Source: Sedimentisphaerales bacterium
Lineage (GTDB): Bacteria > Planctomycetota > Phycisphaerae > Sedimentisphaerales > SM23-30
Length of the DNA stretch: 64,000 bases
Direction: 5' to 3' (one strand)
NCBI GenBank assembly: GCA_963666285.1
Contig: OY762711.1
How positions within the stretch are numbered: the first letter of the stretch is position 1; every line of letters starts with the position of its first letter. This document shows, piece by piece, positions 1 to 10,235 of the stretch. A program made the translations under genes and the position numbers. The notes beneath the pieces are model-generated. The model did not search any database. It worked only from the letters and a program-made list of their open reading frames with translations, and was not told where the DNA came from.

Positions 1-161
1 GTGTGTGATATATGGCGAAATGTCAGGCTAGGGTTTTGAGTTGTTTGCATTGATATAGTATAGCCCTTATTTATTGTATATATTATATATGTTTTTAACA
101 TAATAGTAAGAAAAGCCCCTGCAATCTGATTGTTAAAATTGATTGTATATGTGTATGGCTT

Positions 162-2432
162 ATGTTGGCTGATCAAAACAATACAAAGTTAAAATCTCTT
201 GGTAATGAGATGTTTTCATTGCTGGCTGGTCTTGTTAATTGCAAAGATTCGCTTCAGATGATTGATACATTTGTTGAGGCTATAAACCAATTCTCAGAGA
301 GCTTTTCAGTTGTTTTTTCTAAAGAAGTTCCTTCTGAACCTGTTGAGTTACTTTGCCTGGGGACAGATAAAAATATTTATGGGTATATGGTTATTGATGG
401 TGATATGCATGTTGTTTCACCTGAATTTCCTGTTTTGTTTAAGAATTCGGTTTTTATGCTTGCTGTGTTGTTGGAAAAGTTTCATCAGGATAAACTATTG
501 GAAAAGGAAAGGCTTTTGCTGAATAGTCGAATAGATCAGGCAGAAGAGTCTTTGGCTGAAAGTGAAGAAAGATATCGTCTTGCGATGCAGGCTGTTAATG
601 ACGGCATGTTTGATCTCGATGTTACCACCGGTGAGGTTGTTTTTAGTGATAGATGGTATACTATGCTTGGTTATGAGCCGGGAGAACTTCCTAATGTATA
701 TGCAACATGGAAGAGTCTACTGCCGCCGGATATGGCAGATGAAATTGAAAACGAGTTATGGCGAATTATGGAATCTCAGGAACATTGGGAAATGGAATTT
801 CAAATGCTTCGAAAAGATGGCCGTTGGGCATGGATTCTTGCAAGGGGGCAGATTATAAAGAGAGATGAAGGTGGTTGTCCTGTACGTATTATTGGCACTC
901 ATATAGATATTACAGCCAGGAAGAATGCGGAAAGAGAGTTGGAGGAGTATAAGGGGCATCTTGAAGAGTTGGTTGAAGATAGGGCAAAAGAGCTTAAATT
1001 GTTGAATCAGAGGTACAATCTTGCTTTAGATGCAACTGGTACAGGTGTTTGGGAATGGGATCCGCGAACAGATATTACAGTAACAAATGAAGCTTGGCTT
1101 AATATATTTGGATTTGATAGAATTAATCCGGGGGAGGATTATGGAGAATTTTGGATCAATCATGTTCATCCGGAAGATAGAGGACGTGTAGCAGAGTGTC
1201 TTCAAAAGCATGTTGACAATGAGCTGGATATGTTTGATATGGAATATCGTTATCAGCTGCCTGGGAGAGACTGGATTTGGCTGCATGTTGTCGGAAGAGC
1301 TGTCGAACGAGATTGTAATGGAAAAGCGTTAAGAGTAATTGGAATTTGTAATGATGTAACTGACCAAAAAAATATTGATTTACAATTGAAACTGAAAAAT
1401 AAGGAACTGGCAGAAACTGTTGAACAGCTACAGGCGACTCAGAGTCAGCTAATTTTGTTTGAAAAGATGGCTGCTTTGAAGCATTTGATTGCTGGTATTG
1501 CTCATGAGATCAATACACCTCTAGGTGCTATCAGCAGTTCGCGTGAAGTTTTGTTATCACATTTAAAAGGTGCGGTTGATTCGATTCCTCGATTAGCAAA
1601 ATGGCTCCAAGGGCCTTACGGAGATCTTGTTAGAAGTCTTATTATTAGTAATTTTGAGTATAATGTTGATGATATCCTTATGTCATCGCGGGAAAAAAGG
1701 GCCAGGAGACATGAGATTGTAGATATTTTGTATAAAGCCGGTGTGCCAAAGGCAGAAGATGTTGCGTATAAAATAATTGAGATGAGATTGTATAAAGATA
1801 TTGATCCATTACTGCTAATGCTGAAGGACGTGAGTGGGTATGAAATACTTTGCGATATAGCAAAAATTGTAGATTCAATTCTTGCATGCGAGACAATTAA
1901 GACTGCTGTTGCCAAGGCTTCAAAAACTGTCATGGCGTTAAATAATTATATCAGACGTGGAAATGGTTCTGGTTCGGAAGATGGTAAGGCAAATATAGAT
2001 GTACGGATGAGTATTGATAATGTTCTGGTGCTGTTTCATAATGCCATCAAAAAAAGTGTTAGCTTAAATGTCGTATATGATGATGACTTACCTGAAATAT
2101 ATGGCAATAGTGACGAATTAAATCAGGTTTGGACAAATATAATCCAGAATGCTTTACAGGCTATGGATAATAATGGTACATTGGATATATCTGCCAAAAG
2201 AGTTGAAAATGGTGTGAAGATTGATATTGTAGATAATGGGTGTGGAATGGGACCGGAAGTAAAAGAGAAGATTTTTGAACCGCTTTATACCACAAAACCG
2301 GCCGGAGAAGGTACTGGCTTGGGTATGGATATTGTCAGGAAGATCATTGTTGATAATCATAATGGAAAAATTAATGTTGAAAGTGAATCCGGCAAAGGGA
2401 CTACTGTTTCGGTATGGCTCCCGGAAAAGTGA
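162..2432 (+). CDS. PAS-domain sensor histidine kinase
   Basis: Two PAS/PAC domains, H-box AGIAHEINTPLG, N-box ELNQVWTNIIQNA, G-boxes DNGCGM and GTGLG. Confidence 0.92.
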   Translation: MLADQNNTKLKSLGNEMFSLLAGLVNCKDSLQMIDTFVEAINQFSESFSVVFSKEVPSEPVELLCLGTDKNIYGYMVIDGDMHVVSPEFPVLFKNSVFMLAVLLEKFHQDKLLEKERLLLNSRIDQAEESLAESEERYRLAMQAVNDGMFDLDVTTGEVVFSDRWYTMLGYEPGELPNVYATWKSLLPPDMADEIENELWRIMESQEHWEMEFQMLRKDGRWAWILARGQIIKRDEGGCPVRIIGTHIDITARKNAERELEEYKGHLEELVEDRAKELKLLNQRYNLALDATGTGVWEWDPRTDITVTNEAWLNIFGFDRINPGEDYGEFWINHVHPEDRGRVAECLQKHVDNELDMFDMEYRYQLPGRDWIWLHVVGRAVERDCNGKALRVIGICNDVTDQKNIDLQLKLKNKELAETVEQLQATQSQLILFEKMAALKHLIAGIAHEINTPLGAISSSREVLLSHLKGAVDSIPRLAKWLQGPYGDLVRSLIISNFEYNVDDILMSSREKRARRHEIVDILYKAGVPKAEDVAYKIIEMRLYKDIDPLLLMLKDVSGYEILCDIAKIVDSILACETIKTAVAKASKTVMALNNYIRRGNGSGSEDGKANIDVRMSIDNVLVLFHNAIKKSVSLNVVYDDDLPEIYGNSDELNQVWTNIIQNALQAMDNNGTLDISAKRVENGVKIDIVDNGCGMGPEVKEKIFEPLYTTKPAGEGTGLGMDIVRKIIVDNHNGKINVESESGKGTTVSVWLPEK

Positions 2433-2550
2433 TATGGAGTCGTAAGATTATTTGTAGATTTTTTTTGTTTTTGTTTGTGTTTTTACGTTGCATCCAGTAA
2501 CTATATTTTGACGTTGCATTATAGCGTATCATTATATTATAATTAGAGTT

Positions 2551-3459
2551 ATGAGAGAACTACGAGACAAGACAAAACAGAAGATACTGGACAATATTGC
2601 GGTGCTACCGTCGCTAATTACCCTTTGTAACGGTTTATGTGGATTTGCATCAATTACCTTCGCTATGCGAGGGATGGCAGACCCGGAAGGGCACTGGCTT
2701 CAGAATCCGCAAGTTTCGTATTTTACTGCAGCTGCATGGTTTATCGGCATTGGAATGATTTGCGATGGTCTTGATGGATTTGTTGCTCGTAAGTCCGGAA
2801 GTATGAGTGATTTTGGTGGTCAGTTGGATTCTATGTCTGATATCATAACTTTTGGTATAGCACCGGCAATACTCATGCTTACTGTTCTGGATAGTTCCTG
2901 GAAAGGAATGATAGGTCCGGTAGGCCCAATTTTCGGGGGGTGGTCTGGTAAGCTTCTCTGGACGGTTGCGGCTCTTTATGTTGCCTGTGCTATGCTGAGA
3001 TTGGCCAAATTCAATGTTGAAACTGATACAGATGAAAGTTCTCATAGTAAATTTAGTGGCATGCCGTCTCCCGGTGCTGCCGGGGTTGTAGGTTCACTGG
3101 TCTTGCTATATAGCGATTTCCTCCCTGAACTGCAAAGTGGGGTACCGTGTCCGGGTGTAGTAAATGCGACTTCAAAATTTATTGTATTCACTTTACCTAT
3201 TTTTACAATTATGGTTTCGCTTCTTATGGTCAGTAGTGTAGAGTATTCTCACGTTGTCAGCCGATATATTCGGGGTAGAAAGCCGTTTGAACACCTGGCA
3301 ATGTTGGTTATCATTTTAGTGCTTTTATCGTGGATACCACAGGTTACTCTGGCTGTAGCAGCTCAAATTTATTTATTCAGCGGTATAATCCATTATATTC
3401 ATGTTCGTAAAGGGGAAAAGGTTAAGTCCATTGATAATAGTGTCCACAATGGTTTATAG
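2551..3459 (+). CDS. pssA: CDP-diacylglycerol--serine O-phosphatidyltransferase
   Basis: CDP-alcohol phosphotransferase motif DGLDGFVAR...GGQLDSMSD, LRLAKFN, FSGMPSP. Confidence 0.85.
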   Translation: MRELRDKTKQKILDNIAVLPSLITLCNGLCGFASITFAMRGMADPEGHWLQNPQVSYFTAAAWFIGIGMICDGLDGFVARKSGSMSDFGGQLDSMSDIITFGIAPAILMLTVLDSSWKGMIGPVGPIFGGWSGKLLWTVAALYVACAMLRLAKFNVETDTDESSHSKFSGMPSPGAAGVVGSLVLLYSDFLPELQSGVPCPGVVNATSKFIVFTLPIFTIMVSLLMVSSVEYSHVVSRYIRGRKPFEHLAMLVIILVLLSWIPQVTLAVAAQIYLFSGIIHYIHVRKGEKVKSIDNSVHNGL

Positions 3460-3500
3460 TTTTTAAGGTTTGAGAAAAGAAGCGATTTTTGAGGAAAGTT

Positions 3501-4367
3501 ATGATAAAAAAAGCTGTTATTCCTGCCGCAGGTTTTGGAACTAGATTTTTACCGGCTACCAAGAGTCAACCCAAAGAAATGCTTCCGATAGTTGATACTC
3601 CGGTTATTCAATATGTGATAGAAGAAGCTGTTGCTTCTGGCATAACTGATATCTTAATGGTAATTGGAGCAGGCAAGAGAGCGATTGAAGAACATTTCGA
3701 CCGTAGTTTTATGCTTGAGGATAGGTTGAACGCCAAAGGTGATACTGAGATGCTTGGCCGGATGAAGAAAATATCTGAGATGGCTGATATTCACTTTGTC
3801 TGGCAAAAGGAGCAGAAGGGGCTAGGCGATGCTGTATATTGTGCCAGACACCATATCAATAATGAGCCGTTTATGGTAATGCTTGGTGATACAGTTATTG
3901 ATAGTGTCGAACCTGCTGCGTCTCAGCTTATTAATGTATACAATCGTTATCATTCGCCGGTAACTCTGCTGGAAGAGGTGCCACGCGAAAAGGTCAGTCG
4001 TTATGGTGTAATGGATGGTAAAGAGATTGACGTTGATTTATTTCAGGTAAATGATTTTGTGGAGAAGCCTTCTGTTGAAGAGGCTCCATCTAATTTAGTT
4101 ATTGCAAGCAGGTATATTTTGACTGCAGATATCTTTGGCTATCTTGCAGAGACTAAGCCTGGCAAAGGCGGAGAAATACAGCTTACCGATGCGATGCGGA
4201 TGATGGTAAAAGACAGGGCTATGTACGGTTTGAGGCTGCATGGAAAACGCTGTGATATTGGCAACAAGGAAGGTTTTGTTAAGACCAATATAGAATTTGC
4301 CCTGAAGAGAAATGACATGAACGAAGATCTAAAAGTGTATATAAAGGAATTAGCCAGGAGTTTGTAG
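3501..4367 (+). CDS. galU: UTP--glucose-1-phosphate uridylyltransferase
   Basis: KAVIPAAGFGTRFLPATKSQPKEMLP, VEKP, GEIQLTDA; ATG at 3501 after GAGG. Confidence 0.95.
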   Translation: MIKKAVIPAAGFGTRFLPATKSQPKEMLPIVDTPVIQYVIEEAVASGITDILMVIGAGKRAIEEHFDRSFMLEDRLNAKGDTEMLGRMKKISEMADIHFVWQKEQKGLGDAVYCARHHINNEPFMVMLGDTVIDSVEPAASQLINVYNRYHSPVTLLEEVPREKVSRYGVMDGKEIDVDLFQVNDFVEKPSVEEAPSNLVIASRYILTADIFGYLAETKPGKGGEIQLTDAMRMMVKDRAMYGLRLHGKRCDIGNKEGFVKTNIEFALKRNDMNEDLKVYIKELARSL

Positions 4368-4413
4368 GTTCCTATCTGCATTGAAGACAGTTTGTCATGG
4401 AAATACCTTAATT

Positions 4414-4443
4414 AAGCCTCGTGAAAAAACGAGGTTTTTTTAT
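4414..4443 (+). terminator. Intrinsic terminator after galU
   Basis: aagcctcgt-gaaaaa-acgaggttt hairpin followed by T run. Confidence 0.65.
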
Positions 4444-4587
4444 GGCTAAAGATTTTTTAATAAATAACGTTATATATTTTCAATTTTGGCAGACATATTT
4501 ATTAGAGATAACTTAAGTAATATTTTTGTATATCGATAATATGATATGTTTTGTTTTATATAACCACTTATTTTAGGAGATCTTATC

Positions 4588-4962
4588 ATGAAACAGGCAA
4601 CAAGGATTTTAACTGTATTTATGCTCGTTGGTGTTCTTGCGGTGTTAAGCTATGCAAACTCTGCTAATAAAGGCGACGACCCGTCTATAACCGTTTCTCC
4701 ATCAACTTTAGTGCTGAAGGCACCTGTCAAAAGTATATCTGTTCATTCAAATCTTCCTTATTCTTTGGTTAATCCGGATTCAGTAACACTCGAGGGAGTG
4801 GCAGCAAGTTCTGTAGCAGCTGATGATCTGGGCGATATGGTAGCTAAATTTGACGTTGATGCCATCGCCGAAGTTGTGGAAGTTGGCGAGCAGACTCTAA
4901 CTCTGACATGCATTTTTGATGGTGAAGAAATTAGTATTGAAGACAGCATAAGAGTTAAATAG
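4588..4962 (+). CDS. Small secreted hypothetical protein
   Basis: AGGAG RBS, N-terminal signal peptide, followed by terminator-like hairpin. Confidence 0.75.
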   Translation: MKQATRILTVFMLVGVLAVLSYANSANKGDDPSITVSPSTLVLKAPVKSISVHSNLPYSLVNPDSVTLEGVAASSVAADDLGDMVAKFDVDAIAEVVEVGEQTLTLTCIFDGEEISIEDSIRVK

Positions 4963-4993
4963 CCATTTCGCATCTAACTCTCTGGGAGTGAGT

Positions 4994-5036
4994 AAAAGCC
5001 TCGATAAGGAGTACCTTACCGGGGCTTACTTTTTTG
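4994..5036 (+). terminator. Intrinsic terminator
   Basis: aagcctcgataagg...ccttaccggggctt hairpin followed by T run. Confidence 0.6.
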
Positions 5037-5227
5037 ATCATTTGGGTGTGTTCAATTCTCAAAATGTTATGACAAAAATGCATGAAAGACAGTTTTACTG
5101 TTTTGGTTTACCTATATTCTGGTTTTATAAAAAAGCTTGCTAAAATAGCTAAAATCCAATATTATAAGATGTTTTACTGTATAGTGCGGTAATTGTAAGT
5201 ACTTGTGAAATAACGAATTGGAGTTTT

Positions 5228-6031
5228 GTGATGCCAAAAGTCGCTTCTTCTGCCTCGATAGCCGGCTCTGCAGTTCTCGGCAATGATGTCGTAATTGGTC
5301 CGGGCTGTATTATCGAGGATAATGTTGAAATAGGCAATGGTACTCAGTTGAAAGCAAATATTCTGGTATGTAAAGGTACGAAAATTGGCAAAAATAATCG
5401 TATTTTTCATGGCTGTGTTCTTGGTGAGGAGCCTCAGGATATCTCAACAGTTGATCCGGAAACAGAACTTATTATTGGTGATGATAATATTATTCGTGAA
5501 TATGCTACCATACATAGAGGTTCAGTCAAAGGTGGCGGAAAGACCGTTGTCGGCAATAAAAATTACCTTATGGTCAATAGCCATCTAGGCCACGATTGCA
5601 TTATTGGCAATAATATTGTTATTACAAATTCCTGTATGCTTTCCGGCCACGTAATGGTTGAAGATAATGCCTGGCTGGCTGGCGGAGTAGCGGTTCATCA
5701 GTTTACCACGATTGGCAGGTTTGCTTATATTGCCGGTTATAGTGCGGTCACCCAGGATATCCCGCCGTTTTTGCGTTTTTCCGGTAATGGTCCGTGTGTG
5801 GCTAAGGCTGTTAATAGTATTGGGCTTACCAGAAACGGATTTAGCCCGGAGTCTGTAATTGAAATAAAAAATGCCTTCAAGGAAATATTTATCAGACGCA
5901 AAAGTGAATCTATTGAAGTGGTGGTAAAGGAAATTCTTGCTCGTAACGAAATCGATGAAAATGTGCAGTATATGCTGGGATTTATGCAAAAAAGTTTTGC
6001 CAGTCCCAAGAGGAGATTTCGGCAGATTTAG
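5228..6031 (+). CDS. lpxA: Acyl-ACP--UDP-N-acetylglucosamine O-acyltransferase, paralog 1
   Basis: Hexapeptide repeats; PQD, IREYATIHRG, SHLGHDC, VHQF, QDIPPF. Confidence 0.88.
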   Translation: MMPKVASSASIAGSAVLGNDVVIGPGCIIEDNVEIGNGTQLKANILVCKGTKIGKNNRIFHGCVLGEEPQDISTVDPETELIIGDDNIIREYATIHRGSVKGGGKTVVGNKNYLMVNSHLGHDCIIGNNIVITNSCMLSGHVMVEDNAWLAGGVAVHQFTTIGRFAYIAGYSAVTQDIPPFLRFSGNGPCVAKAVNSIGLTRNGFSPESVIEIKNAFKEIFIRRKSESIEVVVKEILARNEIDENVQYMLGFMQKSFASPKRRFRQI

Positions 6032-6145
6032 CTGATTGATTAAGAGAATCCGGGTTTTGGCTTTATTTTGTTATATTGATAAAGGCATACCTTGTAGACA
6101 AGCCCTTTGGCTGTAGATATGAAAAATAGGATATAGATAGAACAA

Positions 6146-7003
6146 ATGACTGAAATATCAAAATTTGCAGATGTCAGTTCGGATGCAAAGATAGGTGAAA
6201 ATGTAACTATCGGACCATTTTGTGTGATTGGACCTCAGGTTGAATTAGGTGATAACTGTGTTCTGCATAATGGGGTTACTGTTACAGGTAATACCAGGGT
6301 TGGTGCAAATAATACCTTTTATCAGCACAGCTTGATTGGAACAGCTCCGCAGGACCTGAAATACCGAGGGCAGGATACAGAGACAATTGTTGGTGATAAT
6401 AATGTCTTTCGTGAGTTTGTTGTTGTCCATCGGGGTACAGAGGTTGGTGGTGGGCAGACCATTGTCGGCAGTAGTAATCTGCTTATGTGTGGTGCTCATA
6501 TTGCACATGATTGTATTGTTGAAGATCGTACTATTATTGGAAACAATGTCCTGCTGGCTGGACATGTGAAAATCGAATACGGTGCCATGGTTTCTGCTAT
6601 GGTTGGCATACATCATTTTACAATTGTTGGCAGAAATTGTTACGTTGGTGCTAAAACGCCGGTTCGTAAAGACGTGCCTCCTTTTAGTATTTTTGAGGGT
6701 GATCCGTGCAATGTACGTGGCATCAATGCCGAAGGACTCAAAAGGCATGGTTTTTCTCAGGATGTGATTTCTGATCTCAAGAGGGCGTATGTCAAACTAT
6801 ACCGCAAAAGTGACTCTCTTGAAAATGCGGCACAAGAGTTACTGAATTCTGAAGGGATAAGTGATCAGGTTAAATTGTTTTGTCAGGCTGTTGTTAACAG
6901 CTGTTCCAATAGATTTGGAAGGTATATGGAGAATTTCAGAGCCGATGGCAATTTGAGCAAGGTTAACCGTATTCCTGAAGAAGTGAGAAAGAACCAATCT
7001 TGA
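6146..7003 (+). CDS. lpxA: Acyl-ACP--UDP-N-acetylglucosamine O-acyltransferase, paralog 2
   Basis: PQDLKY, FREFVVVHRGT, AHIAHDC, AGHV, DVPPF, EGLKR. Confidence 0.9.
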   Translation: MTEISKFADVSSDAKIGENVTIGPFCVIGPQVELGDNCVLHNGVTVTGNTRVGANNTFYQHSLIGTAPQDLKYRGQDTETIVGDNNVFREFVVVHRGTEVGGGQTIVGSSNLLMCGAHIAHDCIVEDRTIIGNNVLLAGHVKIEYGAMVSAMVGIHHFTIVGRNCYVGAKTPVRKDVPPFSIFEGDPCNVRGINAEGLKRHGFSQDVISDLKRAYVKLYRKSDSLENAAQELLNSEGISDQVKLFCQAVVNSCSNRFGRYMENFRADGNLSKVNRIPEEVRKNQS

Positions 7004-7124
7004 TAGGATTATTAAAGTAACCTTTTGTCTTTGACTGGGTAAGATAAATATAGATAATTTAGGGAAAGTATTATCATTTGATGGATGCTTCCGATTTAAT
7101 TTAAATATCAGCAGGAGAATATAT

Positions 7125-8210
7125 ATGGCGCGTAGAAGCTATTATGGCACAAAGAGACGGACCTCTTCAAGGCGAATAGTATTGTATATAGCATTGGTTG
7201 CTGTTCTCGCTCTGGCTGGTAAAAAAATATATGATGAATATATGACTCGTGCACCTGAGATTGTTGTGCCTGATGATCCTGAGGTTACTTCTGAGAATAC
7301 AACTCAGGATCCTGTATATCATACACCTGAACCTGAATATGTTGCTGAGAGTGAACCGGAAGCCCAAGTTGAGATGGCTGCTGAAGATGATCAGCAGGGT
7401 GTGACGCAGCAACCTGTTACTCAGCCTGCTTCTATGCCGTATGCTCCGAAATTTGATGCAGCACTGAAGAAATTTGCCGATGGCAAGGTTGCGAAGGACC
7501 AGGGGAAGGTTTTAGAGTCTAGAAGTCTGCTTTCTGCTGCTGTAGCAGAAGGGTTGCCCTGGGAAAAAGAAGTAGAAGCTCGTAGTTTGTTAAATGATCT
7601 TGCTAAATTATGGTTATTTTCAAAGAACTTTTACGAAAATGATCCGCTTTGCGTGAGATATCGTGTTCAAAGTGGTGATTACCTGGCAACTATCGGGAAG
7701 AAGTTCAAAATACCTTTTCAGTTCATAATGACGTTAAACAATATCAGTCGTCCGGAAAACCTTCGTGCTGATGAAAATCTGAAAGTTATTAATGGGCCGT
7801 TTCATGCTGTTGTTGACCGGTCAAAATTTATGCTCACAATTTACCTGGGCGATACTATTTGCTATACTTGGCAAATATCTACCGGGCGGGAAGGGCGATC
7901 TACACCAACTGGTAAATGGATGGTTACTAAGGGTAAGAAACTTGAAAATCCGGAATGGACTGATCCTGATACTGGTGTAAAATATTTGCCTGACGATCCT
8001 GAAAACCCTCTTGGTGAACGCTGGATAGGTATCCATGGCATAGAAGGCGATGCCCTTGGGCGTACCGGATTTGGTATTCATGGTACTATCGAACCGGAAA
8101 AAATCGGGCAGCCGGCCAGTAGAGGATGTATAAGGATGCGTAACCAGGATGTTGAGATTGTTTACGATATGCTTTATGGTGGCGAATCTACTGTCACTAT
8201 CAAAGATTAG
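7125..8210 (+). CDS. LysM-containing L,D-transpeptidase (YkuD family)
   Basis: N-terminal TM, LysM (YRVQSGDYLATIGKKF), NPLGERWIG, GIHGT...SRGCIRM catalytic motif. Confidence 0.9.
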   Translation: MARRSYYGTKRRTSSRRIVLYIALVAVLALAGKKIYDEYMTRAPEIVVPDDPEVTSENTTQDPVYHTPEPEYVAESEPEAQVEMAAEDDQQGVTQQPVTQPASMPYAPKFDAALKKFADGKVAKDQGKVLESRSLLSAAVAEGLPWEKEVEARSLLNDLAKLWLFSKNFYENDPLCVRYRVQSGDYLATIGKKFKIPFQFIMTLNNISRPENLRADENLKVINGPFHAVVDRSKFMLTIYLGDTICYTWQISTGREGRSTPTGKWMVTKGKKLENPEWTDPDTGVKYLPDDPENPLGERWIGIHGIEGDALGRTGFGIHGTIEPEKIGQPASRGCIRMRNQDVEIVYDMLYGGESTVTIKD

Positions 8211-8262
8211 TTTCAAGATAGTAAGTTTGACAATGTCTTGCTTCGCGAAGGATTAGTTTATT

Positions 8263-10035
8263 GTGGAATGTAAGGCAATTGATACATTATTAGCGAAGCG
8301 GGATGTTAAGGGCCACTGGACCGGCAAACTTTCAAGTAGCGCCTTGGCTACAGCTGTTGCTGTCTTTGCCCTAAAAAAAGTCGATCCGGATATATACGCC
8401 GGTCAAATTTCAGATGGTGTTAGATGGTTGGCTGACAATGCCAATGATGATGGTAGTTGGGGAGATACTACTAAAAGTTTCAGTAATATTAGTACTACAT
8501 TACTATGCTGGTCCGCTCTTAATGGTGAAATTGGTATTGATCCGGTTATTTCTAAATGTGAACGCTGGATCAAGGATTATTGCGGTTCACTCAATCCGGA
8601 AGATATTGCTCAGGCGGTATATCAGCGGTATGATAATGACCGAACTTTCTCGGCTCCCATAATGACGGTGTGTGCACTGGCCGGTAGGTTGGGCAAAGGT
8701 AAGGCTGCTTGGAAATATGTGGCAAGATTACCTTTCGAACTAAGTATTTTTCCGCATAGTATGTATAGTATGCTCGGGCTGCCGGTTGTTAGCTATGCTT
8801 TGCCTGCTCTCATTGCTATTGGCCAGGTTGGGCATCATTTCAGGCCGACTGCTAATCCTTTAACAAGAATATTGCGTTGTTTGTCTATTGGCCGTTCTTT
8901 GAAAAAACTTGCAAAGATTCAGCCTGGCAATGGCGGATTCCTTGAAGCTGTGCCATTAACAGCTTTTGTAGTATCCTCGCTGGCGGCAAAGGGGCTTAAT
9001 AATCACAAAGTCGTTCAAAAAGGAGTTAAGTTTATCATCAGCTCCCAGCGGGCAGATGGCAGCTTTCCAATTGATACTGATCTTGCAGTGTGGCTGACAA
9101 CTCTGTCGATCAATGCCTTGGCAGATAGTGACAATCTGGAGCTTTTAAGTGAAGAAGAACATAGATATTTTGCTGACTGGCTGATTAGCTGCCAGTATAA
9201 GGAAACTCATCCTAATACCAATAGTCCGCCCGGCGGTTGGGGGTGGACGGATAAACCGGGTTCTGTCCCTGATGCCGACGATACCTCTGGGGCAATCCTG
9301 GCATTATGCAATCTGATGAATGATAAGTTAACGGTGGCTGACACTTTGAATTCCATTACAGACGGTTGTCGCTGGCTCTTGGGTCTCCAAAACAAAGATG
9401 GCGGCATACCTACATTCTGTCGAGGCTGGGGCAAACTGCCTTTTGACCGAAGCTGTTGTGATATTACCGCCCATGCTATTGCTGCCTGGTCGAGTGCCTT
9501 GGAATATGTCAGTGACGACAAGACCAAAAATGATATGATTGTTGCGATCGGTAGGGCGCTGGAGTTCCTTCGTTCCCAGCAAAACTATCGCTTTGGTTTC
9601 TGGCTGCCGCTCTGGTTTGGTAACCAGCATATGCCCGATGATTCCAATCCGGTTTACGGTACGGCCAGGGTAATTGCCGGCATCCGCTATGCCCCAGAAG
9701 AGTTTAAATACCTGGTTTATCCCATGCTGGAGAAATCTTCCCATTGGCTTGCTGATGTCTTATGTGACGACAGTCAGGTTACTGATATCTATAATTCTAT
9801 CGAAGAAGTTTCTCTTGCTGTTCATGCTATACAGGCAGCTCTGGATATTTTGCCTATGGAAAAAGAGAAAAAGACCGAAAAACTCAAAACTGCCATACAA
9901 AAAGGAAGGGCATACCTCGCTGATAAGCAAGATATGCCCGCATCACCTATCGGTTTTTATTTTGCAAAGTTGTGGTATTTCGAAGAGCTTTATCCTCTTA
10001 TCTTCCAGACCGCTCTCAAGCCTGCTATATCATAG
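8263..10035 (+). CDS. Squalene-hopene cyclase-like terpene cyclase (prenyltransferase/squalene oxidase repeats)
   Basis: PDADDT protonation-type motif; repeats NDDGSWG, QRADGSF, QNKDGG; GGWGW. Confidence 0.8.
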   Translation: MECKAIDTLLAKRDVKGHWTGKLSSSALATAVAVFALKKVDPDIYAGQISDGVRWLADNANDDGSWGDTTKSFSNISTTLLCWSALNGEIGIDPVISKCERWIKDYCGSLNPEDIAQAVYQRYDNDRTFSAPIMTVCALAGRLGKGKAAWKYVARLPFELSIFPHSMYSMLGLPVVSYALPALIAIGQVGHHFRPTANPLTRILRCLSIGRSLKKLAKIQPGNGGFLEAVPLTAFVVSSLAAKGLNNHKVVQKGVKFIISSQRADGSFPIDTDLAVWLTTLSINALADSDNLELLSEEEHRYFADWLISCQYKETHPNTNSPPGGWGWTDKPGSVPDADDTSGAILALCNLMNDKLTVADTLNSITDGCRWLLGLQNKDGGIPTFCRGWGKLPFDRSCCDITAHAIAAWSSALEYVSDDKTKNDMIVAIGRALEFLRSQQNYRFGFWLPLWFGNQHMPDDSNPVYGTARVIAGIRYAPEEFKYLVYPMLEKSSHWLADVLCDDSQVTDIYNSIEEVSLAVHAIQAALDILPMEKEKKTEKLKTAIQKGRAYLADKQDMPASPIGFYFAKLWYFEELYPLIFQTALKPAIS

Positions 10036-10040
10036 ATATT

Positions 10041-10235
10041 CTATTCTTCTTCCCATACGACAGGGTATATTGTTACTTGCAGGTTGCTTTTGGTAATATA
10101 AATATCATCTGTAATTATAGGTCTGAGCGATTCTATTTCTTTTTGCATATTTTGTATTGCTTTTTCACCAGTTGAAATCTGTTGATTGAGGATGCCTATT
10201 CTTGATCTGATATCCCTTTGTTTCTTAAATATCAT
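10041..10235 (-). CDS. Short coiled-coil ORF, possibly the C-terminal part of the upstream gene
   Basis: ATGA overlap with 10232..11311; continues the heptad-like character. Confidence 0.4.
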   Translation of the reverse strand: MIFKKQRDIRSRIGILNQQISTGEKAIQNMQKEIESLRPIITDDIYITKSNLQVTIYPVVWEEE

